Under the pieces are notes generated by a model that saw only the letters and a list, made by a program, of their open reading frames with translations, made no database searches and was not told where the DNA came from. From Octopus bimaculoides (taxonomy: Eukaryota): a DNA stretch of 39,018 bases. Positions 12,677 through 26,060 of this stretch are shown piece by piece (position 1 is the stretch's first letter; each line of letters starts with the position of its first letter). The position numbers and the translations under genes are program-made. Location: positions 159,654,475 to 159,693,492 of the forward strand of contig NC_068982.1 of the NCBI RefSeq assembly GCF_001194135.2, read 5' to 3'.

Positions 12677-15049
12677 NNNNNNNNNNNNNNNNNNNNNNNN
12701 NNNNNNNNNNNNNNNNNNNNNNNNNNNNNNNNNNNNNNNNNNNNNNNNNNNNNNNNNNNNNNNNNNNNNNNNNNNNNNNNNNNNNNNNNNNNNNNNNNNN
12801 NNNNNNNNNNNNNNNNNNNNNNNNNNNNNNNNNNNNNNNNNNNNNNNNNNNNNNNNNGTATATATATTTGTATATGCGTGTGTGCGTGTGTATACATCTA
12901 TTCATATATATATATATACATACATAAATGTGTGTATATATATATATATACATATATATATATAAAACTACATACGTACATACGTAATTGAGATGTATTT
13001 CTATTGGTAGGCTATTGTAACATACCTCATAAAAGTGTAAACAACATGTAGCATTGGATATAAAATAATAGATTTATTTTGACAAAAAGCAAACAAGTAT
13101 GTGTGTGTGCATTATGTACGTTTGTGTATGGTTATGTGTGCTCATATGATTAATAACAAAAAAAATACAAGCAATAAAGCTGAAGAAGTTAAACTCTTTT
13201 CTTTCAGTTCGATTTCACGTGCACTCTATATAGGCATTATTGTTGAATATTGTCTGTATAGAAAACTGAAACGTAATAAAGATGGTACTAATAAGTAAAG
13301 ATGATATAGTTGGCAAATGGATATGTTCGTATACTTGGTGTTATTTTAAATAGAGTAATAAATAACTTTAGAACACAATTTCCAAACGTAGTTTAAGATC
13401 ACCTGCATGTGCATGAGTGGGTTTTCTTTGTATAAGAGTAGATTTGTGCACCTGTTTGTGTTTGTATGGGAGTGTCTGTCTGCGTGTTTGCTTGTGTGTA
13501 TTTTACAAACAAGAAGAGAAGACAAGAAGAGAAAAGATTTCACAAAACGCATCCTATTGATTTAGACGTTTCATTACAAGCTAGAAATTTCTCTAAGCAT
13601 TACTCCGAGTTTTCACTCTTCCTCCAATAAAACTTTTCTTATTTTACCATTCTAAAAATGAGAAAAAATATTATCTTATGTGAACAGATCCAGTTTTAGC
13701 TAGCGTTCTATATGATGCGAGTTTACAAGCGCGAATAGTGTATTATAAAATAATATATTAAATGTAATATTTACTGAAACCTGACAAATACCAATATTGC
13801 TTCTAAACAATAAATTGAACTGATATTTAAATATTCGAAAATACAATATTACCAGAATTTTCAGTTTTCGGAATAAATATAAAGACCAAAGTTAGAAACC
13901 TTTCAAATTTATTGGGAGGCCTTATCATAATCTAGACATTGATATTTGCAACGAAGCATATCCATAAACAAACTGTAAGCTGTATGAACAATGTATGCAT
14001 GTAAAATACATTATAAAAGGGTTATAGTTTTACGCATGTACTCCCAACAAATTTCAAATTGTTTACAGAGAAATTTAAGCGAATCGTATGAGACATTTCA
14101 AAACTATATTTATGAACTATGCGGTTCCTTATGTAGATGCGACTTACAACATATATAGTTAACACTGAAAGTAGTCATTTCTCAAGATATTCTTATAATT
14201 TTGCCGAGTATGAAATATACTGAAAATTACGTACCGTGTGTGCAGTAGCTATTGTGATGTTAGAAGCTTTTGTCATGTTCATTTATATTTTTCGCGTATT
14301 AATAAAATATTTAATATAACATTCACTCGAATGTTTATTGTACTATAAAACTTTTATGCGCTTTCGGTATTTTGTTTTAGTGCTCAAACTCACATTTGGC
14401 CTAGGTAATGCAAATGCATCATGAAGTGTTTTAACAGATTTTATATTACAACAAATTGAATTTTACAAGGAATTTTTCAACTCATAGATAATACTATACT
14501 GACTAAGATAAAGAGCACAATTACCTAATCTAATATAAAAAGCATATCGAAAATAAAATCGGTATCAAATCATAATCAATTAGCTAAACGATGTAAAATG
14601 ATGTAAAATGCCAAACATTTTACTAACATAAAAAATTCAGGATTATATATTACTATAATGTTACAAAATAATAGTAGATCATTAATTCTAGTAGAAAGAG
14701 CCATACTATCCATTTTTGTATATCATGAAATTTAATGGGGTTGGAGATCTAGAAAAACTATAGATAATTCATATTTTTTATAATGTACGGTTTTGTGCTT
14801 GCTAATCAAATTGTAATAATACAGTGTGTTATCTATTATCGATTACTTTCTGAGAAAACATATTTCCCTGTGCTTTCAAAGAGGGATATTACGTGCGCAT
14901 GTGAGCTTTATGTGTAAATAGAATTATGGTAGAACTTAAGCTTCTATTTGTGCTGTGTCTTTTGTAGTAAGAAGTTTATGATATTTTCTTCCGCAAAGTA
15001 TCTTAAGTATTCTGGGATGTGTTTGGAAAAGGTCGTAAGTATGTTATTC

Positions 15050-15260
15050 AATACTGGTTTCAAATTTTGGTAAAATGCCAGCAAGGTCTTAAGAGTGGTA
15101 AATCGAATACATCGACGCTACATTGAGAGGTACTTATTATATCTTTTCCGAAAGGATGAAAATCAAAGTCAACCTCGGCCGTATTTGAACGTGGAACGTA
15201 AAACGGGCAATATGCCGCTAAAAATGTTGCTTACAAGTGATTCTGTCAGCTCACCGTCTT
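15050..15260 (-). mobile_element. Diverged copy of the same SINE family
   Basis: gaaaggatgaaaatcaaagtcaacctcggccgtatttgaac...ctgtcagctcaccgtctt is the reverse complement of the 10449/35231 consensus. Confidence 0.75.
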
Positions 15261-16221
15261 TGTGTGTTATTAGATTTTAAGAAGTGACTATTGATGGTAG
15301 TTGCTGTATTTACTAGTCACGATAACATACTAGATAGCTACTATTATTGAGGGTACAATCTTGACGTTATTGTAATATGATTTATGGGAAAATGTGTATA
15401 ATACGAAAAAGAATGTGTATAATACGAAAGGAAATGTGCATAATACGTGTTATAATAAATTGATTAGGGTTTGCAGAAAGCATTATGGAAGGCTAAAAGG
15501 AAGACAATGATTAATTCCGATAACAAGCTTAGGTAGTAAGGATTATTTTTCAGTGATAAACAAACAGAAAACAATACTTATCACACATTGGAATCCACTC
15601 TACTACGTGCCTGCTTCTAAATGCGCTTCTTGAAATGTTTGGAAAATGTCAGTTTATTTTAATATAGAATTAGAATTCACAAAGCTGAAATTATAATTTT
15701 CAAGATAGATTGCAGGAAAAATAGAAAGGCTGAACAATAAAAACTTCATTTAATCTAACAAAATGAAGAAATTGAAAACAGAACGTATCTCAGAGCTTTG
15801 AAGACTTCTTAAACAATATATTAAAATACTCTAGGTGAACTATTGTTAATGACATTAATACGCGTAGAGCCAATTATTTCAGCTGATCTAGGCACCGGTA
15901 AATGAATGGTGCCTATAGCATGTTAACAAACATAGTTAAAATGCCATAATCAGAAGTTACGAAGTTACAGAACATAACTCTTTGGATAAGAAGATCGTTT
16001 TTCAAGTATGTGGCTTAGAAGTGACTTCTGCAATAGATCCAGGCTAGTGTCTAGTTTGCAAGGCATTTTGAAGTGAACTCGCGTCTTGAAACATTTTGAT
16101 GTATATTGGGAGAGGTTACTACTCAAATAATAACAATAATAAACTCACACACTGGTACTACTTCACTTCCTAACTCTTTCGTTTGTCAATTGATTTGTTT
16201 AACTTAAAATTATATTGGTAG

Positions 16222-16315
16222 GTGGATTTGATCGTCTAAACCTTCCGAGGCGGATTCACAGCGTGACCACCGTCCAACGGCTGAATACGAATTGAAACAA
16301 AAGGGAAAAGGAAAC
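16222..16315 (+). mobile_element. SINE 3'-tail fragment
   Basis: aggcggattcacagcgtgaccaccgtccaacggctgaa resembles aggcggtgctccagcatggccgcagtcaaatgactggaac at 36692-36731. Confidence 0.4.
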
Positions 16316-16994
16316 CGAATTAAAATGGAGATTTTAGTTCACATCATATTACAGGTAAAATCCTAGAAATTTGAAAGACGATTCTTTCTAACCATATGGC
16401 ATATGAGCTAAAATGTAACTAAAATATTTCTGTTCTATATTGAGGAAAAAGTTGAAAAAGATATGTAGACATTGGTATGTACGAATATTGTTCATTCCTC
16501 CACCAATTTATTTACTTTTGGCAAGCAAGTAACTATCCTCACAATCTCTGAATATGGATTCTAAGCACCTTTAACTCTATACACATATACGTCAACGTTT
16601 TCCCTTTTCAAAATGAAATCCTTTATAATAGTCCTCGACTTCAGCAGAGAGGATTATAAAACTTCTGAGTACAGTGGTAATGCTGGAGTGTACAACTTAT
16701 CTAAATCAAAACCTTTGTCGATGTGATGGTCTTCTCACTTTAATGGATTTTGCCTATGAATTGAGTCGGAGAGGAGATTGCATGCTATTTTTTAAAGACT
16801 TGCCTTCAAACTAGAGTAGAAACAGCCACATAATAATCACAAAAGTTTTACATGCTATATTAAAATATGAAAATACCCTATATTTTATATAGCTCACGTA
16901 AAATACGACACCAAGTCTCATTCAAAGACATTCCATCCACGTAAAATCATTATCATCAATTTCTTTAATAATTCCTTTGCGGACAATGTAAAAA

Positions 16995-17440
16995 AATGTG
17001 TAAAGAGTGAAAAAAGGAAACGAAAAAGAAAATGAAGAGGTGTGAAAGAAGTGAGAAAAAGAATTTTAGTTTGTGGTCAAGATAATGTAGAGGGATGGGA
17101 GAAGAGTGGGAAGGGGTGGATACGAAGAGATGAGAAGGAAAAGAATAAATAAGTGTGAGATATGTTATTAGAAGTAATATGATAGAGCTGTATTAAGGGA
17201 TGGGTAGAGGAAAGTTATGCGTGGGGCGATACCAAAGCGAGTAGTAGTTTTAGAAGTAAAATTAAAAGTGGAGGGAAGAATACAAGGATGTCAAATTACT
17301 ATGAGTAGACATATTTGATAGGTTAGTGTGATAGGTATCAATCAAAAAGTAGGAAAGAAGGTATGATGACGTACGTACGCGCGCACACACGTACATATAC
17401 ATGTGAGCACATGCATACATACATACATATATACATACAT

Positions 17441-17517
<77 letters not shown>

Positions 17518-18245
17518 CGCATACACATACACATAAACATACACGTGCATGCTCACACGCATCCATAAATGTATTCATACACGCATATGTGTGTGCATAC
17601 ATATGCATATATATATATACACATACACACACTCACGCATATATGTTTGTATATACAATGCACAACATATACATACACACACACATATATATACATACAT
17701 ATACACACATGGATATACATACATACATAAAAATGCATGCACACACATTTACACACACACATATGTATCCGCTTGTATGTCCATATATGTAGTATTAAAT
17801 GATTGAGATCCTTAAAGTAAGATAGAGGAGTTAAAATGGATATAAAAAGCAAAGTTTAGCAGGGTTGTTCGGAATTACCTAAGGGGTGTTGTAGACACAT
17901 GCTGTGCGGTTATTTAGGTTGCATTTATAGTTGGGGTAAAATTTGAAGATATGAAAAATGTGGTGGCTGCATGTATTTATGGCCTCAATATATTTATTTA
18001 GAAATGTCGAGGAGTTGTGTTTTAATATGTGGATTGCTTCTTTTATGCATAGATTACAAGCTAAGCGTTGACCCCGTTAGGTAATCTCCAACAACCATAC
18101 TTAGCTTTCCTTTATTTCCATATTAATGTTTAATCTTTAAATTTTTAACTCCCTTATCTTACTTTAAGTATCTCAATCATTTATTACTACATATATAGAC
18201 ATACAAGCGGATGCATGTGTGTGTGCATGTATGCATGTGTATGTG

Positions 18246-18303
<58 letters not shown>

Positions 18304-19000
18304 TGTGTGAGCTTGTATATGTCGTGCATTGTATATACAAAAGATATGAGTGATTGTATGCACGTGTATATATAATATATATGTACCTGTATACGCGCAT
18401 ACGTCAGAGTGTGTGTAAGTACGTGTGCGCTTGCGCGCATGTATGTGCGTATGCATGTATATGTTTATGTATGCACACGCATATGCGTGTATGAATAAAT
18501 TTATGGATGCACGTGAGCATGCACCTGTATGTATATGTGTATGTATATGCGTATGTATGTATATGTATATATGTATGTGTGTGTATGTATGCATGTGTGC
18601 ACATGTATAAGTACGTGCCTGCGCATGTACGTATGTCACCATACCTTCTTTTCTCCTTTCTGATTCATACCTATCACACTAACCTATCAAATACGTCTAT
18701 CTATAGTAATTTGACATGCTTGTATTTTTCCTTCCGCTTTTAATTTTACTACTAAAACTACTACTCACTTTGGTATCATAACTCTTACCTTTTCTCTACC
18801 CCTCCCTTAATACAGCCCTATCATATCACCCCTACTCATATATCTCACACTTATTAACTCTTTACCTTCTCATTTCTTCCTATTCGCGCCTGCCCCACTC
18901 TTCCCCCATGACCCTACTTTATCTTGACCACCAGCTAGCTCCCCTTTTCTCACTTCTTTCAACTTTTATTTCACTTTTTTCTTTTCCTTTTTTCTCACTT
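16995..19000. repeat. ~2 kb imperfect palindrome: arms ~16995-17883 and ~18076-19000, spacer ~190 bp
   Basis: Arms align in reverse complement across unique segments (gataccaaagcgagtagtagttttag vs ctaaaactactactcactttggtatc; gattgagatccttaaagtaagatag vs cttatcttactttaagtatctcaatc) and across the embedded AC/AT microsatellite blocks. Confidence 0.85.
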
Positions 19001-19464
19001 GTATCATATTTATCTCTTTTCCATCGTCTCTTTTCTCACTGTTTTTCTTGTCATTTTTTGTCCCTTCTTTCGTTCTCCCACTTATTTTCTATTCCTGTCT
19101 TTCTTTTAACCTATCTCATTCTAATCATACACATCTCTCCTCCCCATCTATCCACAAATACTACCAATACATTCAGATTTTCATTCACACCACAAAACCA
19201 TTTTGAATGAAGAACACAGAATCCACGGCTCCATACTGAAAAATGACTTATTATGAACTACTATCGGAACTTACATACCATGTACGGAAAACTTTCTTTT
19301 TACCTCATCTCTACACTTCTTTACTCGAATAATGGAACTGCAGCTACAATGTTTTTTCTTTTATTTCTACTTTCATTTTCTTATTTCCCTCTATATTCTC
19401 TATCTCCTACTTTTCCACAATAATTCCTTCTTTCGAACTCAAAAATTTACCTCTATTTAACCAT

Positions 19465-19525
19465 CTCACATCGTCTCTGATGAAGGGATATCCATAATAT
19501 CCCAGAAACAGCTGTAATGATATAT
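19465..19525 (+). ncRNA. Degenerate minimal hammerhead-like motif at the 3' end of the repeat extending from the palindrome's right arm (Penelope pLTR-like)
   Basis: CTGATGA (19477-19483)-A-GGGATA-tccataa-TATCCC-A-GAAAC (19505-19509)-AGCT-GTA (19514-19516). 6-bp stem II, palindromic ACAGCTGT stem III; stem I poorly paired. Confidence 0.5.
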
Positions 19526-19590
19526 CTATATCGCTTTCCTTATAAATGTCCTGAAAACTCCTCACAGACTTGGTTTTGTTATCTCTTTTG

Positions 19591-19629
<39 letters not shown>

Positions 19630-21195
19630 TGCTAATACAAGACCTACATTACATTCCTCACTCGTATCACTATCGAATCAAGAATTTACCTAAGGTCTGT
19701 CTGTAGAACATACTTAACGTTACCTGACATTCTTAGGCTCTTCTAGATATCAGTGCATTATATATATAGCTAGAGAGATATATACACTTTCTTGATACAC
19801 GTATATATTCGCACACATTTATATACAGTGTAATATTTAATGTTTTCAATATTAACATTTGTTAAAGCTATACTTTTTTCTCGAATTAGATTGCAAGCAG
19901 AATGTCACCTAGCATATTTAACTGTACATACACAAAATCTGTACGCATATGGAAGTATTTCAATGAACCACCTTTCCGAGAAATGGTAATGTATGGAGTG
20001 ATAAACTACTTTGCTGGCCTGATTCATCGTCACATATATTGCCTGCTATTTTAATATATTTCGGTGTTACTTCAGAGAATAACTAATATTATTTCGTGCA
20101 CGGCCATTTTGTATTTACAGATATGTAAATATATATTCCAATTTTATGACTTCCAAATATCACACATAACTATTTTTTGTTGTCTACATTTTGTATAAAT
20201 TGTATATGGTATGCACGCATACATATATCCAAATACACATTCAACACATATACGCTACCATGGACAGACTTCCATACTCACGAAGACATATATCTATGAA
20301 ATAATGCGAATAGGCAACAGCTTATGTATAGAAATATCAAATATTCGAAATAGTACAAGCAATAGAATATTCCATCCAACACCACAGTAAAAAGATGTAC
20401 ACAGATAGTTTGAATAGATACTCTCATGGTAGATTATATAAATGTTTTACTACATATCATAAGTAAGCATGTATAACAGTCTGTCTCCATAATATTCGGA
20501 AATAGGACTTTTTAGGCTAAACATATTATTAAATCACTAAAATAAAGTCGTAATTGGTTGTTGGTAGTAAACTGTAAAACAAATAAACCTGCAGCGTTGT
20601 CGTTAACGGAGAAATTGTAAAAAAAAGCAGTCTAGTTGAATTACGTTTAAAGAATAACCAAATGTAATCTTCACTGACATGAAAGGAATACATTTGCAGT
20701 ACATTATATCGTTATACATATTTATAAGCCCATTTAGAGAAATAAATGTAAAGAAATAAAAAGTAAATATTGAAAAAAAAAGTGTGAGGCAAATGTTGTT
20801 ATCGTTAGGCCTAACTCATCGTAAAGTAAATACCACCATGACTGATATCCAAACTATAGTGGAAAAGGCTAGCCACTGGATTTGGTTAAAAAGAGACGAT
20901 GAGTAAGGGCTAGAAGTATACTGAGCTTTATTTGATAACCAGTTAATCTAGTAAGCGGGGCCTCATATAAGTGAGGGGAGCCGGTACGCATTGATGCCTC
21001 AGAGAGGTAGGCCCCGAAACGAGGCGCATTCTCTCCCGATGATCCCATACACTTGCTGGCATCCGGTATGGGAAGCTTTCGACTGGTAGCACTTGCATTT
21101 GCAAGTTCTTTACAAAACATTTACATACGCATTGAGTAAGTGTGTGTGTGTATAAATATGTGTGTGTACATATATACATATATATATATATATAT

Positions 21196-21246
<51 letters not shown>

Positions 21247-21468
21247 CACGTGCGTATGTGTGCGTGTGTCTCAGTCGCATATGCATGTATATATCTGTAG
21301 GCATATATATATAGCTATAAAGCTTACATTTTCGTATATCCATCTATAGATACACGTATATGTATTTTTAACGTATACACATGTCAACTAACTTTTGTAG
21401 AAATTTAAATCACAGAAAAGTTAGCATTAATGCATATATGCATACATGCAAACATACATGCATATATA

Positions 21469-21521
<53 letters not shown>

Positions 21522-21551
21522 ATGCGTGTGTTTGTGTGTGTTTGTGTGTGT

Positions 21552-21589
<38 letters not shown>

Positions 21590-22141
21590 AAGCAACCACG
21601 TAAAATTACAGATGCTTGTATAATTTCTTTTACCACATTATTTTGTCTTGAAAATATTATCAACCTGTTGTATTGAGCAATATCTTATATGGAGAATCAC
21701 ATTTGTTTTTTAACCATAACACTTTAGTCTCTTGAATGACTGATGAAAGGTTGTTACACGACAATGCAATTAATTAATTGATCTAATTGGTTTTAATCCT
21801 TTGGTTCTATTTTTTTTTTCCGTGATATGTTAATTTTCGCTTCTGACATCGAATCCAATTGTTTTATGTCTTCTCTACAAAGCTATTTTCTAAATGCCCT
21901 ATTCAGTAACATAAATAAGCAAAAAATTTTAACTCCATCAAGTGAAAATTCATTTCAATGCAGGGTATAACCTGAACGACCTCACATATTGTACATATAT
22001 ATTTCTATTTCGAAGTATATGCGAAAATTATGTGCAACATAGTCAGACATAGCAAGAAATAATGCGTGCCTGCCTGTATATATTTGCCTGACGTTATATT
22101 GAAAGTTTATTCCGTATTCTTAGCATAACAATCTTCTAACC

Positions 22142-23206
22142 AACTGATTGGTCTCATATTTCTAATTCTTACGTCTGTGGTGATATACTTTCCTCATGTG
22201 AGAGTTTGTGAGCGATAGAAATACATTCACTTTGTAAAATGATGTCACGCAACTTGTAAGAATGTAGGTCATAGAAAACATTATAACTTATATTTCTGAA
22301 GATATATTATGTACTATTAACGTTTGCAGCGTATTCCATATACTTCTACAAAGTATATTTATGACAATAATCCATGAACACCTAACTGCATACAAATCCT
22401 GTGACCAAAATTATCTACAAACACATCTATGCCTTTTTCTCTCGACATAGCTGAATTCTGAAGCCATAAGACTGCATAAAATTCAAAAATATCTCAAGTA
22501 TCATATCATATTTCGATAAGGAAAGGTTCATTTTATTTTGAACATACATATTCACACAGAAATAAACGTTATCATGGCATGTTTTTGAAATACACAATAA
22601 ATATAATCATGCAAGCAGTTAATTGAGTGACGGTTCAGTAAGTCTTACAAATTTAACAATATTTGTTATAGATATATGCTGGAAGCAACGGCAAGAATCA
22701 TGCAGGTTTATTTCATACTACATTACAAGTCAGAGAAAAGTCAGAAAGGAAACATATTTCATTCGATAGAGAATATATCGTTATTCAAAAAATCCATCGA
22801 CCACAAAAGTATTTGTACTTCATTTCGCTTCTCAGTAATATCATAATATGCGATCAAAAGTACAATTGCGCAAGTGATTTGTATCCAAAATAAGTACTGT
22901 TGCAAATTTTGAGATTTGAATTAATTTATTACAACAGTAATTTGATAGATATGGATGCGTGAACTTAAACGATGAGCTATTCAATATCCACGAGCGTTGC
23001 AACCAAATTCAAGTGGGAGAAATTTAAATTTGAGGAAATAAACAGAAAGTGTAATTATTTCAATTCTACTGTCATTGATTCACTATATTTAAAGTGACTT
23101 TAAGGTCCTGAAACTGATTTGTCTCATATTTCTAATTCTTACGTCTGTGGTGAAATACTTTCCTCAAGTGAGAACTTTTGAGCGCTAGAAATAAATTCAC
23201 TTTGTA
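22142..23206. repeat. 95-bp direct repeat pair (22142-22236 and 23112-23206)
   Basis: Both copies read aactgatt.gtctcatatttctaattcttacgtctgtggtga.atactttcctca.gtgaga...tagaaata.attcactttgta; offset 970. Confidence 0.85.
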
Positions 23207-23261
23207 CGTTATAGTACAAAAATGTGGTAAAAGAAATAAAATGGTAAAAGCAGTGGAATAC

Positions 23262-25110
23262 TTTCGATCCCAACTTTCGCAGTTGGACCTCCTTAATGTA
23301 TATTCTTCATGGTTAGTGTTAACGGACACAAATCTGAAGCCTTTAGCATTATAGGCTCGGTCCTCTGATGTCAAATCCGAATGAAGTGTATTTTCTTACA
23401 TTTATTCTATTACCATCTATAAATAAATTACAAATCCCATGTAGTGGTTTGCGCGTGACAAGGGATTTCTTTGTTTATTTGTGCAGACTCACTGCTTTCT
23501 TAGTCAGTGACTAGATGTGCACAAATAGTTTGAATAGATATATATTGACACCATAGCATAAGTTACGGTTTTCATTCTGTTTTCAGAATCCGGGCCTCAC
23601 CGAGCCAATCACATTTTCTGAGTCAATGAATAAATTAATCTTTTCAGAATAAGACATTGCATTTGGGAAATATGGCCGAGAAGAAAGTACATCGCAACAA
23701 ATACCAAACAAGAAAAAATGAAATCAACCCAGTCACAGAAGATGGGATGTGTAAAAGCGTAGACAAAATACCTCCCTAAGACGACGCCCCAGCATCGACT
23801 TCAACAACAATACCATTGTTACTAACAAAACCGAGGTTACTAGAACAGAGGCAACCCTCGTCACAAAGACTAATAAAGTACTTCAGACTAATAAAGTAAT
23901 AAAGTACGTCATACGTACACCAAGGAAAACTACTGAAAACATTGTAAATGTCTGATGTAGCAATTTAGCTTAGCGGGCATTGGCGGGAACAAACTTCAAC
24001 AATAAATGGTATTTCCTTAAAAAGGGCGATTAGAGCAAAATTGATGTTTGATAAGTTTGTAGCGACAGAGAAAAATCGAAGAGGGAGATTTAGTGAGAAA
24101 CTTAAAAAGAATCGCTTTGGAAAGATACTGTTAGACGTAGCATCGTGGCAATATGGTATGTCAGCCAATTCATCAACGTAGAACAATATTTCTTGACAAT
24201 ATTTCTGTATTGTGAAAACTAAGGTGCATGCTCTAGCGCACGAGGGATCGCAAGTTGTTCGATATATCCGAGTGGCGAAGATGAAACTTAGTAAACATAA
24301 AAACATTCACAGATCAAAATGAGCACTTGTTAGTCGAGAGAAAGCAGATGCGTCTAACATTCAGAAGCACTGAGTGTTGGAAAGGAACAAAAAATGAATT
24401 TCACTGCCTATTTCAACAACTTGTCGTAAAGGTGGAGCGTGTTCTGGTAAGCCGATAGTGTTACGGAAATACGGGAAGAGGTGGTTTGTGGCACAGTATG
24501 TAAATCACCCGGGTTGGATATTCGGATCTAAAAGCTTCACATTTATGTTCCAGACTTGCTTTGATATCTCATGGCAGATATCTACTCCAGTTGATCAGCT
24601 GAAGCGGAGAATCCCTAGTTCTGTGAGTGGAAGCCGGGTAGCGGTTCTAAAAGTACACCAAATTGAGAGTTACCACTGATAACTTTCGACGCATAAATCT
24701 GTTAAAAATAGACAGATCTAAACACCATAATTCCTACAACATGCATATCTCATAGACATGGTCGACGAGAAATCTTGCATGGATGGTGCTCTGATCAATT
24801 TCGTTCAATGAAAATCTTCCGATACGATCGACCATGAATACTAAACGGATGTTCTCACCAGAACTAGTTTCGATCCCAACTTTCGCAGTTGGACCTCCTC
24901 AATGTATCTTCTTTATGGTTAGTGTTAACGGACACAAATCTGAAGCCTTTAGCATTATAGGCTCGGTCCTTTGATGTCAAATCCGAACGAAGTGTATTTT
25001 CTTTCATTTATTCTATTACCATCTATAAATAAATTACGAATCTCATGTAGTGGTTTGGGTGTCACAAGGGATTTCTGTGTTTATTTGTGCAGACTCACTG
25101 CTTTCTTAGT
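23262..25110. repeat. 243-bp direct repeats (23262-23504, 24868-25110) flanking a 1363-bp higher-complexity interior
   Basis: Near-identical copies from tttcgatcccaactttcgcagttggacc to gcagactcactgctttcttagt; no TG...CA ends and no TSD seen. Confidence 0.9.
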
Positions 25111-25529
25111 TTAAATCAAGCTTCGCATCATCGAGGAAAGTAATAACAGGTGTCATTTCTAGTACGACTTGCAACCGTCACATAACAACAATAGTAGAAA
25201 TATCAACAGAAATAATTTATTACTTTGAAGGGAAGATTAGTTCAGATGCATTATAAATTGATTTATATTTAGAACGTCATCAAGCCGGTAACATACGCAT
25301 TTCTTACTCAAGAATAAAATCAATATATTAATATATTCCTCTAGGGAATATTGGAACGATAAACATTCCAACATAAGCGATATACGTCTGGGATTGTATT
25401 TAGATTTTCCAATTTCAACTCTTCCAAGTACTTGGTATTTGTAAAATCAATGGTCATTAACTGTTGACAAATTTGTGAAATTCGTCACATAAAAAGCATT
25501 TCGAACGACGTCAGGGAAACATCCCTTTT

Positions 25530-25572
25530 ACACACACACACACACACACACATACACACACACAAACACACA

Positions 25573-25638
<66 letters not shown>
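25530..25638. repeat. (CA)n microsatellite (one of many CA/TA/TACA arrays, e.g. 5265-5315, 9156-9250, 10075-10120, 21195-21245, 21470-21585, 26585-26680, 28560-28950, 36425-36545)
   Basis: Direct reading; these arrays generate the HTHT/YIYI/VCVC ORFs. Confidence 0.95.
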
Positions 25639-25639
<1 letters not shown>

Positions 25640-25774
25640 GGTGTAAAATAGGCAAAAATAAATTTTTGCAAATTGTAAGAAGAAACAAATAAATATAGGA
25701 CTAAATATACACGATTATAAGGAAAACAGTTATGGAGATTTCATCCTTACAATTAGTGTACATATAGTAATTAA

Positions 25775-26060
25775 CTGGCACTCCGATGGATCAACGGAAT
25801 AGTGTACTCGGAAAATTAATGTACAAGTGGCTCAACACTACAAAGACATTCATAAATTTAATGGTCTTCAGGGCGATCCAGCAACAAACAAAATTCGCCA
25901 AGGCTGGCCTTTTTAAACACAGGTAACACACATTTTTGTCGGTTAAGTTGACTGGGATTACATGAAATATAATGTCTTGTCCTGGGGCAGAACGCGTTGC
26001 CATCAATAGAACTCCCGACCGTATGATCGTGAACCAACTACGCTAATCACTAGCCAAGGG
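25775..26060 (-). mobile_element. tRNA-derived SINE, second family (homologous to 34642-34963)
   Basis: Shared blocks ctggcactc, gatcaacggaa, aattaatgtacaagtgg, caaggctggccttt; tRNA-like head ggctagtgattagcgtagttggttcacgatcatacggtc on the minus strand. Confidence 0.7.

Noticed and set aside
15889-15915. 8-bp hairpin TAGGCACC/GGTGCCTA as a miRNA or terminator
   Set aside because: Too short for a pre-miRNA and expected by chance; a bacterial terminator is irrelevant in this eukaryotic context.
20950-21080. Hammerhead or HDV ribozyme in the GC island
   Set aside because: Core nucleotides cannot be assembled in the correct order without several assumed mutations.
24862-24902. Minus-strand TTGAGGA-stem II-GAAAC-TA-GTT as a functional hammerhead
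   Set aside because: C3 is U in both repeat copies, there is no stem I pairing, and copy 1 lacks stem III.
23262-25110. Canonical LTR retrotransposon
   Set aside because: No TG...CA termini, PBS/PPT, TSD or gag/pol motifs.
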